Source: Hyaloraphidium curvatum SAG 235-1 (Eukaryota; Fungi; Monoblepharomycota). Taken from it: a stretch of 64,000 bases of DNA. Positions 34,172-44,254 of this stretch are shown piece by piece. How positions within the stretch are numbered: the stretch's first letter is position 1; every line of letters starts with the position of its first letter. The notes below the pieces were generated by a model. It was given only the letters and a program-made list of their open reading frames with translations. It was not told the origin of the DNA and made no database searches. Location of the stretch: assembly GCA_025558095.1 (NCBI GenBank), contig JAIVFI010000012.1, forward strand, positions 124,001-188,000, in the 5' to 3' direction. The translations under genes were made by a program, and so were the position numbers.

Positions 34172-35197
34172 TCACTTCCCCCCCTCGTCCATGACCAGCA
34201 CGATCGACCCCCTCTTCCTCCCGCTCTCGGAATACTCGTGCGCCGCCGCGGCCTCCGCCAGCGGGAACGTCCTGTCCACCACCGGCCTGACCTCCCCCCT
34301 GCCGAGCATCCCCGCGAGCTCGTCCAGATCCGCCTGCGAGTAGCCCGCCGAGCCCAGCAGCGATTTCCGGCCGCCGGGTGCGCTGCGCCGCGAGAAGACC
34401 TCGGAGGTGGGGAACATGGCCGCGATCCGGCGGCCGTTTTCCTTCAGGAGGCGGGCGGTCTGGGAAAAGGGGAGCTTCCCGGGGAGGTCCAGCACCACGT
34501 CGTAGGAGCTCTCGGGAACCTCCGAGTACCATTCGGGGCGGGCGATGCGGTCGATCGCCTCGTCGAATCCGGCCTTTTGCAGCGCGGCGAGCTGCGCGGT
34601 GCCGTCGACCCCGTCCACTTTTGCCGCCCCGTACCGCGCCTTGGCGATCTGCGAGGCGAGCGTGCCGATCCCCCCTCCGGCGCCGACGACGAGCAGGCTC
34701 TCTCGGCGCGAGAGGCCCGCTTGCCGTAGCATCGCGAGGGCTTCCAGGCCGTTCAGGCCCACCGCGGCGGCGTCGACGAACGAGAGGCCCGCGGGTTTGT
34801 GGGCGACCACCGTGCCGCCCGAGCCGGTGGTCGAGACGGCGAGGTATTCCGCGTGGGCGCCGAAGGAGAACCCCGCGGCGCCAAAGACCGCGTCGCCGGG
34901 CTTGAATCGCGTGACTTTGCCGCCCACCTTCTCCACCGTGCCGGCGAAGGACTGCCCCAGGCTCGTCGGCCGCGTGACGGCAAACACCGCCTTTAAGGGA
35001 AGCACCGCAAACGACGGCAGCCGCATCTCGCGCAGTTCCGTGTCCCCTGTGGCGACGCCCGCGGCCTTGACTCTGACCAGCACCGCGTGGTCGGAGACGC
35101 GGGGGACGGGCACGCGCCGGTGCGCGAGGACCGAGGGCGGGCCGTAGGCGGTCCAGACCGACGCCCACATCGTCGCGGGGGGCTCGGCGGCGGGCAT
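34172..35197 (-). CDS. Zn-independent MDR-family NAD(P)-dependent oxidoreductase
   Basis: YGPPSVL, VLVRVKAAGV, FAGTVEKVG, GAHAEY, GAGGGIG, VDRTFPL..AHEY; intronless. Confidence 0.9.
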   Translation of the reverse strand: MPAAEPPATMWASVWTAYGPPSVLAHRRVPVPRVSDHAVLVRVKAAGVATGDTELREMRLPSFAVLPLKAVFAVTRPTSLGQSFAGTVEKVGGKVTRFKPGDAVFGAAGFSFGAHAEYLAVSTTGSGGTVVAHKPAGLSFVDAAAVGLNGLEALAMLRQAGLSRRESLLVVGAGGGIGTLASQIAKARYGAAKVDGVDGTAQLAALQKAGFDEAIDRIARPEWYSEVPESSYDVVLDLPGKLPFSQTARLLKENGRRIAAMFPTSEVFSRRSAPGGRKSLLGSAGYSQADLDELAGMLGRGEVRPVVDRTFPLAEAAAAHEYSESGRKRGSIVLVMDEGGK

Positions 35198-35918
35198 GGC
35201 GCGCGATGCGGGTTGGTGCTGGCTTGCGCGTCGAGGGCGGGTGACGTCGTGGCATTTCCCCGCCCGCGCCACACCTAGCCGTCGGTTACAGATGGAAGGT
35301 TGGGAGATTAGGAACATGATCGTTGGTGCCTGACAGCGATGGATTCCGCATTGTCGTACCGACGGCGGATGGGAGACAGCTCCTGGCAGCTCCCATCGGT
35401 GGACGGCCGGCAACACATCCCGGCCGTCCATCAACGATCCGAGCTGCAACTGCCTGTTTGAGATGGAATCCATCGCATTTCGGGCCCAGCATCGCACCGC
35501 GGCCACGGCAGCCCCCGCGTCCCGTCATGTGACAGGGCGGCCCGCTGCGCCCTCCGCTCCCGCTGTCGGCCGTCGCTCCAAAATCTCCGGCCCCTTTTCG
35601 CGCCCTTTCCGGGCTCCTCCGCGCCCGCCGCTCTTCCGGCGGGGCTTTCCACGCGCGATGCGGGGCCGCTAGCGGCGCGCGCGGCAGGGGAGAAGCCTGC
35701 GGACCCGCGCGGAGGGCCAGGTCAGCGCCCGCCCTCCTCGGACACAGGCCACGAAAGCCCGTCCCTGGCCGGCGAATCACTTGGGACGCTACCGCGAAGG
35801 ACATCGGGGCGTGCTGCGGCACCGGCAGACGACAGCAATCCCCGCGTGACTCCCCCGCTCCTCGACGGGCACTCGACTCCCCACCGGTTCCCACTGCATA
35901 GCCCCACCCGCCGACGCA

Positions 35919-36155
35919 ATGTCCTACCTCTCCTTCGTCCTCTCGGCCCTCTTCTACCTCGCTCTCCTCCGCCTCGTCGTCTTTGGCCTGTGGTACATCG
36001 ACCAGCACGCCGGATCCATGAAGCTCCTCCTTGGGAACCCGCTCAACGGGATTTCGGCCTTGTTCGTGGCGGCGGGGAAGCGCCCAAAGGCGCCCGCGAG
36101 GAGGAAGGCGGCGAGGCAGAGGGCGGACAGGGGGCCGGGGTTCGCCATGTCTTGA
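35919..36155 (+). CDS. Small membrane protein, unknown function
   Basis: 78-aa ORF with N-terminal TM helix, basic tail and C/G-rich third positions. Confidence 0.5.
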   Translation: MSYLSFVLSALFYLALLRLVVFGLWYIDQHAGSMKLLLGNPLNGISALFVAAGKRPKAPARRKAARQRADRGPGFAMS

Positions 36156-36447
36156 AAGCCCGGCGGACGGACGAGCGGGTGAGGCCCCATGGCGAGGGCC
36201 CTGCCCGGACCGCGACGGTCTTCTCGACGCTTGGACTACTGGGGGCGGTGATTCCGGGACGGAACCCGCGCTGTACGCTCTCTTGATTCGGGCCGCGAGG
36301 CACCGGCCATGTTACCTTTTCGACCATCTTGCCATGTAGAACCGAACCTCTTGCCATGTAGCTCATGTAGGCATGTCGCCATGTAGCCGTGTAATGGGGC
36401 ATCGATACACCTTCGTATCCTGCGCAGAAGCGCCGCTTGGCCGTCCT

Positions 36448-37443
36448 TCAGGGCACCAGCACGATCGGCCCAGTCGACGCCCGCGCCTCGAGCATCTCGT
36501 GCGCCTTTGCCGCCTCTTCGAGCTTGAACACCGTCGGCTCCACCAGCTCCTGCGCGCCCTCGTTCAGCGCCTGGAAGAAATCCCCCACCAGCTCCCCGCG
36601 CTCCTCGGGGTCGGCGATGTAGTCGAACAGGATCGGCCGCGAGAGCGTGAGCGACCCCTTCGCGAGGCGGGCGACCTCCAGCGGTGCCGGCGGGCCGGAA
36701 GACTGGCCGAACACGACCAAGTGGCCGCGCGTGGCGAGGCAGTCCAGCGACCCCAGCAGCGTGTCCTTGCCCACCGAGTCGTACGCCACCCTGACACCCC
36801 TTCCCCCTGTGAACTCCCTCACTTTGGCCACGAAGTCCTCCTCCCTGTAAAGGATGACCTCCTCACACCCCGCCTCCCGCGCAATCTCCGCCTTCTCCTT
36901 CGACCCGGCGGTGCCGACCACCCGCGCCCCGATCGACGCCAGCCGGCGGCAGAGCATCCTCCCCACGCCCCCGGCGGCGGCATGCACGAGCACCGCGTCG
37001 CCTTCGTTGACCTGGTGCACCTTGCGCGCCAGCAGCTCGACCGTCAGTCCCCGCACCAGGCTCCCCGCGAGCCACGCGTCCGGGATCCCCGGGGGCACGG
37101 GGAACGCCAGGCTGGCGTCGAGCAGGCGCGCGCTGGCGTACCCGCCGTACTTGCCCGACACCCAGCCCACTTTGTCCCCGGGCCTGAACGCGTGGGCGCC
37201 GGGGCCGACGGCCTCGACGACGCCGACCGCCTCGATCCCCGGCACGCCGGGCAGGGGCAGCGTCTTGTAAAGTCCCGACCTTATGTAACAATCGTGGAAG
37301 TTGACGCCCGCGGCGGTTTGGCGGAGGAGCAGCTGGCCCGGGCCCGGGGGAGGGAGGGAGACATCCTCCGCCACGAGGGCGGATGGGGGGCCGGGGGTAC
37401 GGAGGAGCACGGCGCGGGCGGGGTAAGGAGAAGAGGTGCTCAT
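36448..37443 (-). CDS. Quinone oxidoreductase (QOR, MDR superfamily)
   Basis: GVNFHDCYIRSGLY, PGIEAVG, VHAAAGGVG, YDSVGKDT, FGQSSG, AHEMLEARASTG; intronless. Confidence 0.92.
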   Translation of the reverse strand: MSTSSPYPARAVLLRTPGPPSALVAEDVSLPPPGPGQLLLRQTAAGVNFHDCYIRSGLYKTLPLPGVPGIEAVGVVEAVGPGAHAFRPGDKVGWVSGKYGGYASARLLDASLAFPVPPGIPDAWLAGSLVRGLTVELLARKVHQVNEGDAVLVHAAAGGVGRMLCRRLASIGARVVGTAGSKEKAEIAREAGCEEVILYREEDFVAKVREFTGGRGVRVAYDSVGKDTLLGSLDCLATRGHLVVFGQSSGPPAPLEVARLAKGSLTLSRPILFDYIADPEERGELVGDFFQALNEGAQELVEPTVFKLEEAAKAHEMLEARASTGPIVLVP

Positions 37444-37838
37444 GGCGCGGGAACAAATGGGGAGAAGGCGGGATGCGGGGCCCATCGGGGCGGAGAGGGG
37501 GCGCGTGTGGGGTGTCGCCCGCGGGATCTGCGCGAGCTTGCCCCGTGGCGCATCACATCGTCGGCATCGAACATGCACTTTGCGGCAGTCAGTGACGATT
37601 CATATGATCTGGTTGTAGAGGTGGTCAGCTTCGCACATCCTTTCATCCGCTACTCTCGGGGTCCGCGTCATTGCCCCTTGTCAGCCTGATCTGGTCTGCT
37701 GCTGTCTCTGTGGATCCGGAGGGTGCGTATACTGTTAGAATCCATTCGATGAGATTTTGAACAACCAAGACCGACGTTCTCTGGATGCCCGGGTAACATG
37801 TTCTCCAGCGATACCCTGGCGCGCCGCCGGATGTCGCT

Positions 37839-38951
37839 CTACCTCACGAACTGCACCACGAACTTGGTGTCGATCGGCGCCCCGTTCGCCGTGAAGCACC
37901 ACACGTCGACGAACCCCGACGGGGACCAGGCAAACAGCTGGCACCTGTGCTGCTCCGGCCCCAGAGCCGAGACGAACGGCACGCCGACCACGCTCCCGGG
38001 TGACGTCCCCGCGACGAGGCCGGTGGCCCAGCGGTACCGTCCCACGCCGACGCGGGAGACGGTCGTCGATGCGACGCCGGTGGTCGACTGCCACTGGAAC
38101 GGCGCCGCGGGGGGGTAGAACCCCGTGGCGGGCTCGTTGGCGGATGCGTACGCCGCGGCGTGGGCCGCGTACGCCGAGAGCTCCTGCCTGTGCGCGTATG
38201 CGAGCTGGAAGGCAGAGTCCGCGAGGGCGTTGTGGAACCGCGGGTTGCGGCAGTGCACCTGCGCAACCAGGGGCACGCCGCCCCAGGATACGGGCTTGCA
38301 GGCCACGGCGTCGGAGCCGACGGCGGTGACCTGCACGGTGCCCACGGCGCCCGAGGTGATGGCGGGGAAGGTGACGTTGTAGCGCCCCGGGCCGATGCGC
38401 GAGACGCGCGCCTTGGGCCCCGCCGGGCCGGCCTGGTAGGTCGGGGTGTAGCTCGGCAGGGACAGCTGGTTGGCGAAAACGTGCGCCCAGACTCCCTGCC
38501 TGCCATCGGAGTTGGTGTACATGGCGGTGAAGCGGGCGTTGCGGGGGCCGCCGGCGGCGTCCCAGCAGCTGACCCGCAGCCGCACGCCGCGGTCGTACGC
38601 GGGACCGAGGAACATCCAGTCGACCGCCTTGCACTGCACGGGGTCGGGGCCGTAGGCCGAGATGGCGAATGTGCCGCGGAAGTTGCCGGTCCCGAGGAAG
38701 AGGAAGCGCACGTCGTAGCGCCCGGTCGCCGTGCGCCGGACCTTGTTGCCGCGCCTGCTCTCCGTCTCCTCCGAGTTCCAGTTCCACCGAATGTCGGGCC
38801 TGTATACCTGGCCGAGCGTGGAGGAGGGGTTCTCGTTCCACACGTAGCCCGCCTTGGAGGGCACGGCAGCGGTCGGGGCCGGGAAGACCGCGAGCAGCGC
38901 GACGAGCGCGGCGAGGGCTCCGAGGGCCCCGAGGGCCAGCACTTTGGCCAT
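37839..38951 (-). CDS. Secreted protein with three ~110-aa beta-rich repeats, actinobacterial-like
   Basis: Signal peptide; repeats V-x-R-x3-GRY-x-V/W...V/I-x-A-x-G...C...W...V-x-C...F; intronless. Confidence 0.75.
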   Translation of the reverse strand: MAKVLALGALGALAALVALLAVFPAPTAAVPSKAGYVWNENPSSTLGQVYRPDIRWNWNSEETESRRGNKVRRTATGRYDVRFLFLGTGNFRGTFAISAYGPDPVQCKAVDWMFLGPAYDRGVRLRVSCWDAAGGPRNARFTAMYTNSDGRQGVWAHVFANQLSLPSYTPTYQAGPAGPKARVSRIGPGRYNVTFPAITSGAVGTVQVTAVGSDAVACKPVSWGGVPLVAQVHCRNPRFHNALADSAFQLAYAHRQELSAYAAHAAAYASANEPATGFYPPAAPFQWQSTTGVASTTVSRVGVGRYRWATGLVAGTSPGSVVGVPFVSALGPEQHRCQLFAWSPSGFVDVWCFTANGAPIDTKFVVQFVR

Positions 38952-39611
38952 TCCCGTCAGGCTTGGGGGAGTGCGAGCAGCAGACGGCGGTCGTGGTGTG
39001 TTAGGTGAGGGAGGCACAGCGGCCGCTGCTCGTTTTCAGTTGGTGCGCTATTGATCCGCACGCAGCGGCATCTCCCCCCGCCTGCGCCGTGGTGCCGTCC
39101 CGTTTCGCCAATACCCCCTCGGTGATCCGTTAAATGAATCTAGATCTTTCCATTCCGGGGCTCCGTTTGGCATTCCATGCACATCCATTTGTTCGCAGGC
39201 AGCAGTTCTTGTTCGTGACGTCAACGTGCTGTGCTGGCAGGCGGCAACTGGCAAATTGCATAGATTGAGAGGCGCGAACGGACCCGACGAATATGAACTT
39301 TCGACCCAGCCCACCCTGCCCTCGGGCCGCACCGCTTGCACGCTTGGCCCGGTTGCCTCGACCAATCACGCGGGAAGGGATGTTTGGTGTTTCACAGGGA
39401 CGGATTCGCGGGGCAGACTTCCCCCGCGGCGCTCACCCCTTTCCAGCAGGCCGGTGGCAGTTGATGGATATGATCTGAATGTCAAACTGTCAGCTAGCTA
39501 CATCCTACGCGGTATCGTCCAGTCGATCGTCCGTCCTCCATGTCCTCGTCCGCCATCCGAAAGTCGAAAGCTCCATCCCGCCCAAACGTCACCCCCCCAC
39601 CGCAGGACGCA

Positions 39612-40580
39612 TCACCTCCACCTCTGCACCCATCCCGCAACCCAGTACCCGACCAGCAGCACGGCGAAGCTCGCCAGCAGCATCCACACCCAAGAGACCA
39701 CCTCCTCGCGCTCGGCCTTGCGGCGGCGCCACAGCTCGTGCTTGACGGCGAGCTCGCGCCGCTCGGCTTCGGAGAGCTCGTACTCGCTTTGCTTGCGGGA
39801 AATGGGGACGCGGGCGGGCGAGGGGTCGGAAGGGGGGGAGGGGGTGGGGGGAAGGGCGCCGGGGAAGGGGGACTGGCAGGCGTCGGGGTAAGCAAGGAAG
39901 TCGCACAGCTCCAAAGCAGAGCACCCACCGGCTTCGGGGCGAGCTTGTAGAGCGACGGAGGAGTGGTTGCGCGGGTGAATGTGGGCGAGACAGGGGCCGG
40001 CGAGGGAGGCGCCTCCGTTTGAGAAGCCGCATCCTGCTGGTCCCCCCTGCCGTCGTCCTGCGCCCCCCTCTTGCCCTCCAGCTCGACCGGTGACGTCGCC
40101 AGGACCACCCCCGAGTCGTGCTTGCCCTTGGTGATCTCCCCCGGCCTGCCCTCCCTCGCCGCTTCCCCCTCCCCCCCGACGACCGGCAGCTCCCCCACCG
40201 CGGCCACGTTGTTCCACCCCCCGAACCCGTCGTCCTCCCTCCCGAACCCCTCCGAGATTTCCCACCGGCCCCCCACCCGCCACTTGAACCGCAGCACGCC
40301 GGCCTCTGCCGTCCCCGCCACGGGCACCCGCGCCGCCCACCCGGGCGCGCGCGCGCGGAAGGGCTCCCCCGGCGCAGGCGACCAGGCGTTGAAGGCGCCG
40401 CTGACGAAGACGTCGGTGCCGGGCGGCGGCGGAGGACGGAAGCGTAGCTGCGAAGGGGGAAAGGGTGAGCGGGCCTTTGGCGTTTCGCCGAACCGCGGAG
40501 CGCACCTCGTAGAACCGCGCGGCGGGGCCGTCGGGGTGCGGAAAGAGCGCGTCGTACGTTGTTTCGTACAGCGCCGCCAT
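39612..40580 (-). CDS. CBM48/AMPK-beta-type glycogen-binding protein with probable C-terminal TM helix
   Basis: After intron ~40450-40505: VFVSGAFNAW...FKWRVGGRW...DDGFGGWNNV; the C-terminal hydrophobic helix is in another frame (second intron inferred). Confidence 0.7.
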   Translation of the reverse strand: MAALYETTYDALFPHPDGPAARFYEVRSAVRRNAKGPLTLSPFAATLPSSAAARHRRLRQRRLQRLVACAGGALPRARARVGGAGARGGDGRGRRAAVQVAGGGPVGNLGGVREGGRRVRGVEQRGRGGGAAGRRGGGGSGEGGQAGGDHQGQARLGGGPGDVTGRAGGQEGGAGRRQGGPAGCGFSNGGASLAGPCLAHIHPRNHSSVALQARPEAGGCSALELCDFLAYPDACQSPFPGALPPTPSPPSDPSPARVPISRKQSEYELSEAERRELAVKHELWRRRKAEREEVVSWVWMLLASFAVLLVGYWVAGWVQRWR

Positions 40581-40905
40581 CGTTTCTTCGTGTTCGAAGG
40601 TCGACCCGAATCTGATGTCACTCGGTTTCGGAGGCTGTGGAGTCGGCCGGCCGGGCCGGGTTCCGGATTTCGGGCGTTCCCGGGCAACTCGGTCGCACGA
40701 ATACTGGTCGGAAAACAGCGGTCATCTAGGCCAATGAGAATGATGTTTCGGACTCCTTTACATCCGTGTCGAGGGGCTCAGGATCACTTCCGAATGCGAA
40801 AAGCGTCGTCGAAAGACATTTGTCAGCGGGCCCTGCCCCCAAGTAACCTGCCCAGACGCGCCGCACCGAATGCGCGAAGGGATTCAGTCCGTACCCACCC
40901 TCCCA

Positions 40906-41938
40906 TCAGAACTCGCCCCCGGGCTCCGATCTGACCACCACCTCCGCCCCGCGCTCGCTCAGCCCCGGCGCCATCCTCCCCGCCGCCGCCGACCTCGCGC
41001 GGTCCGTCGGCCTCGGGTGCCCTTTGCACCGCCCATCCACGAAGGACGGGGTCCACGGCTGCGGGCACTGCAGGCCGTCGGGGAGGAGGGCGTCACAGAA
41101 GCGGGGATTGTAGATCAGCCTGCGGGGCGTGCTCCTGGGGTCCAGCTTAGATTCCGCGGGTGGGGGGTCGATTCGCCGCCGCTTCCTCCCCGACGCTTCG
41201 GCACGGTGCTCCTGGCCCTCGCGCTCTTCGCGCAGATCTTGGGGATCAACCAGATCGACGTCCACGGTCTCTTCCGGCCCCGCCTCCTCGATCGGGCTGG
41301 TTCCCCCGGTCCTGCCGTCGACCATCACGCCAGGAACGTCGGGGAAGCGCCGCAGCCAGTCGAGAAAAGCGATGTCGAGAGTGGGCGGGCCGTTCGCCTG
41401 CGCGCAGGTCGGGCAGCGCCAGCCTTGCCAGTCCGAGGGACGATCGCTGCCGGCGTGTAGATCGGAGATGTACTGCCGAGGGAAGCGGGCGGTCGGATTG
41501 GAATAGATGCGAGCGCCGGGAACGACGCACCCTGGATTCGACGCACTCCACGAGGGGGCAACGCGTGCCCTTGACCGGCGTGACGATGCGGCGCTTGGAG
41601 AGGGGGCAGCGGAAGTGGACCTTGCGCGACGTCTCGGAAGCGTCCTCGGCTCCGACCTCGGGGATGCTGCGGCTCGAAGCGATTTGCTCGGTCCCCGGGC
41701 GGTGCTTGGCCAGGTCTTCGGGCTTCTCGATACTGTGATGCCCGACGACGGCCCAGTTGCGCTCGTCGTCGGCAGCGGCCTTCTCCTTCTTGATCACGGC
41801 GCGCACTCTTCTGGCCGATAGCGAAGCTGAAGATCCTGGTCCGAGCTGGGCGGCCGCCTTCTGATAGCACCCGAAGCTCTCCGCGAGATCCTTCGCGACC
41901 CCCATGCCCGTCACCAGCAGCGAGCCCAGATTCTGCAT
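40906..41938 (-). CDS. Sel1-like repeat + degenerate SP-RING (zf-MIZ) + C-terminal C3H motif protein, possibly 5'-truncated
   Basis: MQNLGSLLVTGMGVAKDLAESFGCYQKAA (Sel1); FRCPLSKRRIVTPVKGTRCPLVEC..|..WRCPTC (SP-RING); FCDALLPDGLQC...GRCKGH. Confidence 0.65.
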
Positions 41939-42186
41939 TCGGCACGCGCCCGATGACTGCGGTACGGAAGCCCTTTCGCCGGAGAGCCGCGAAGACGAGC
42001 AGGCGATACGATAGAATTCCTGTTACATCGGCTGCGCTTGCCTTGCCAGACGAGTGAGGCCCCGGACGATTTTACACGAAAGAAAGCCCTGCCCGACGAT
42101 TTGCCACCAAAGTTCAGGCGACTCTTGGGCGGCTACTGCTGGACGTCGCCAAAACCCCACCCTCCCACCAGGATTCCCTCGAAACC

Positions 42187-44151
42187 ATGGCCGCGCCCGC
42201 CAGCCCCGCGCCATCCGATCCGTACCTGCCTCTTGGCGAGCCCGCCGAGGGGCGCGCGGCTGCCGGGGCCGCGGGGGACGCCGTGCCGCCCGCGGCGCCC
42301 GCGCACTCGGCGGCCGGCAGCGACGACGGCCCGCCCGCGCTGCCAATTTCCGCAGCGGCGCCTTCGGACGATGTCTCAGACTGCGGCACCGCCGGCCCGG
42401 GCGCCCCCGCCTGCAACGGCGATCCCGCGGACGCACCGCCGCCACCCCGCGCACCCCCGAAGGCCGCCGCCCCGCCGGCCGACATGGAGCCGGCGCCCGC
42501 GCAGCCGGCCGCCACGCAGGCAGACACGCTGCCGGTGTCGCAGAAGGTCGTCGGCATGCTGTCGCTGGCAACCTGCCTCGCGCTGACCGCGCTGGACATG
42601 ACAATGGTCTCGACCGCGCTGCCGACAATCGCCACGGAGCTCAAGTCGCCGCAGCTCGCCCCGTGGGTGGGCACAGCCAACCTGCTCACCTCGACCTCGA
42701 TCGCGCCGCTGTGGGGCCGGCTGGGGGACGTGTTCGGGCGCAAGAACCTGCTCCTGTTGAACATTGTGGTGTTCATGCTGGGCTCGCTGCTGTGCGCGCT
42801 GGCCCCCACCATGATCGTCCTGATTGTGGGCAGGGGCGTGCAGGGCCTGGGCGGCGGCGGCCTCATGTCGCTCGTCTTTGTCATCATCTCGGACCTCGTC
42901 ACGCTGCGCGAGCGCGGCCAGTACCAGGCCATCATGTCCGGCATCGTCGGCGGCTGCGCCATCATCGGCCCCCTGATCGGCGGCCTCATCACGGACCTGT
43001 GGAACTGGCGCGGCATCTTCTGGATCTGCGTGCCCCTCTCGTGCGCCGCTTTCGTCGGCGCCTTCTTCTTCCTTCCCGTGCCCCCGCCAAAGGACTCGTC
43101 CCTCCGCGCCATGCTCCGCCGCGTCGACTACGGTGGCGCGGTCCTGTGTATCGTCGCCATCACCCTCTTCCTCCTCGGCCTCACCTTCTCGACCCAGTAC
43201 GGCTGGGGCTCGGTGCAGTGCCTCGCCCCCCTCCTCATCGGCGCCGCCCTCGGCGCCGCGTTCGTCCTCTACGAGATCAAGGTCCCCGCGGAGCCCAACG
43301 TCCCCATGCGCCTCTTCAAGGCGCGCAACTACACGGTCGTCGTGTCGTGCATGTTCCTCCTCGGGTGGAGCATGCAGGGCGTGAGCTTTTACGCGCCGCA
43401 GTTCCTCCAGAACGCGCAGGGCTCCTCGGCCTCGCAGGCGGGGATACAGACCATCCCGTACCTGGGCACCTTCATCCCCGTCTCGCTCGCGTGCGGCATC
43501 GCGAGCAGCCGCCTGGGGATCTACACCCCCTTCCCCAAAGCCGGACTCGCCGTGGCCACCGCCGGCCTCGGCCTGATGTCCACCCTCGCCGCATCGACCC
43601 CGTACGCGCAGGTCGCGGGCTACCTCGTCCTGATGGGCGTCGGCTTCGGCATGTCCAACTCGATGCTCATGCTCTCCCTCCAAGCAAACTGCGACCTGCA
43701 CGACATCGGCCCCGGCACCACCGTGGGCACCTTCATGCGGACCATCGGGGCGACCATGGGGATCGGGATCGGCGGCACCGTGCTCACGGCGGGCATGCAG
43801 GCCCGCCTGGTGCCCTCGTTCGTCGCCGACCTCGCCGCCAAAACGGGCGCGAGCCAGGCGCAAATCTCGGCGGTGGTGCAGGAGATCGTCGCCAAGCTGC
43901 CCGGCAACGCGACGTCGCCCGTGTACCAGGAGGCAAAGGCGGCGGTCAGCGGGGCGTACGGGGCGGCGTACGCGACCGTGTTCCTGTCCTACGCGCCGGT
44001 GGCGGGGGTCTGCTGGATCGTGGTGCTGTTCCTGAAGCACGTGCCGCTGAGGGGTAAGAAGGGCGGAAAGGCAGCGGCACAGGACGCGGAGAAGGGGCAG
44101 ACGGTGGAGGTGCCGCAGGCGGCGGAGGAGGAAGGGAAGGATGCAAAGTAG
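42187..44151 (+). CDS. MFS drug:H+ antiporter (DHA2, 14-TM type)
   Basis: LDMTMVSTALPTI, WGRLGDVFGRK, GRGVQGLGGGG, GPLIGG, WRGIFWI; intronless. Confidence 0.93.
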   Translation: MAAPASPAPSDPYLPLGEPAEGRAAAGAAGDAVPPAAPAHSAAGSDDGPPALPISAAAPSDDVSDCGTAGPGAPACNGDPADAPPPPRAPPKAAAPPADMEPAPAQPAATQADTLPVSQKVVGMLSLATCLALTALDMTMVSTALPTIATELKSPQLAPWVGTANLLTSTSIAPLWGRLGDVFGRKNLLLLNIVVFMLGSLLCALAPTMIVLIVGRGVQGLGGGGLMSLVFVIISDLVTLRERGQYQAIMSGIVGGCAIIGPLIGGLITDLWNWRGIFWICVPLSCAAFVGAFFFLPVPPPKDSSLRAMLRRVDYGGAVLCIVAITLFLLGLTFSTQYGWGSVQCLAPLLIGAALGAAFVLYEIKVPAEPNVPMRLFKARNYTVVVSCMFLLGWSMQGVSFYAPQFLQNAQGSSASQAGIQTIPYLGTFIPVSLACGIASSRLGIYTPFPKAGLAVATAGLGLMSTLAASTPYAQVAGYLVLMGVGFGMSNSMLMLSLQANCDLHDIGPGTTVGTFMRTIGATMGIGIGGTVLTAGMQARLVPSFVADLAAKTGASQAQISAVVQEIVAKLPGNATSPVYQEAKAAVSGAYGAAYATVFLSYAPVAGVCWIVVLFLKHVPLRGKKGGKAAAQDAEKGQTVEVPQAAEEEGKDAK

Positions 44152-44254
44152 AACACTCTTTCACGGCTCATGCCAACACGAAGTGCGGAGCACACTCTCT
44201 GTACAATGTAAGTCCTAATGCCCGAATTCTTGATGCTTGACAATGGTACAGTCG

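Noticed and set aside
36305-36395. CRISPR-like array
   Set aside because: Units are only 7-9 nt with irregular spacing, there are no cas genes, and the context is eukaryotic.
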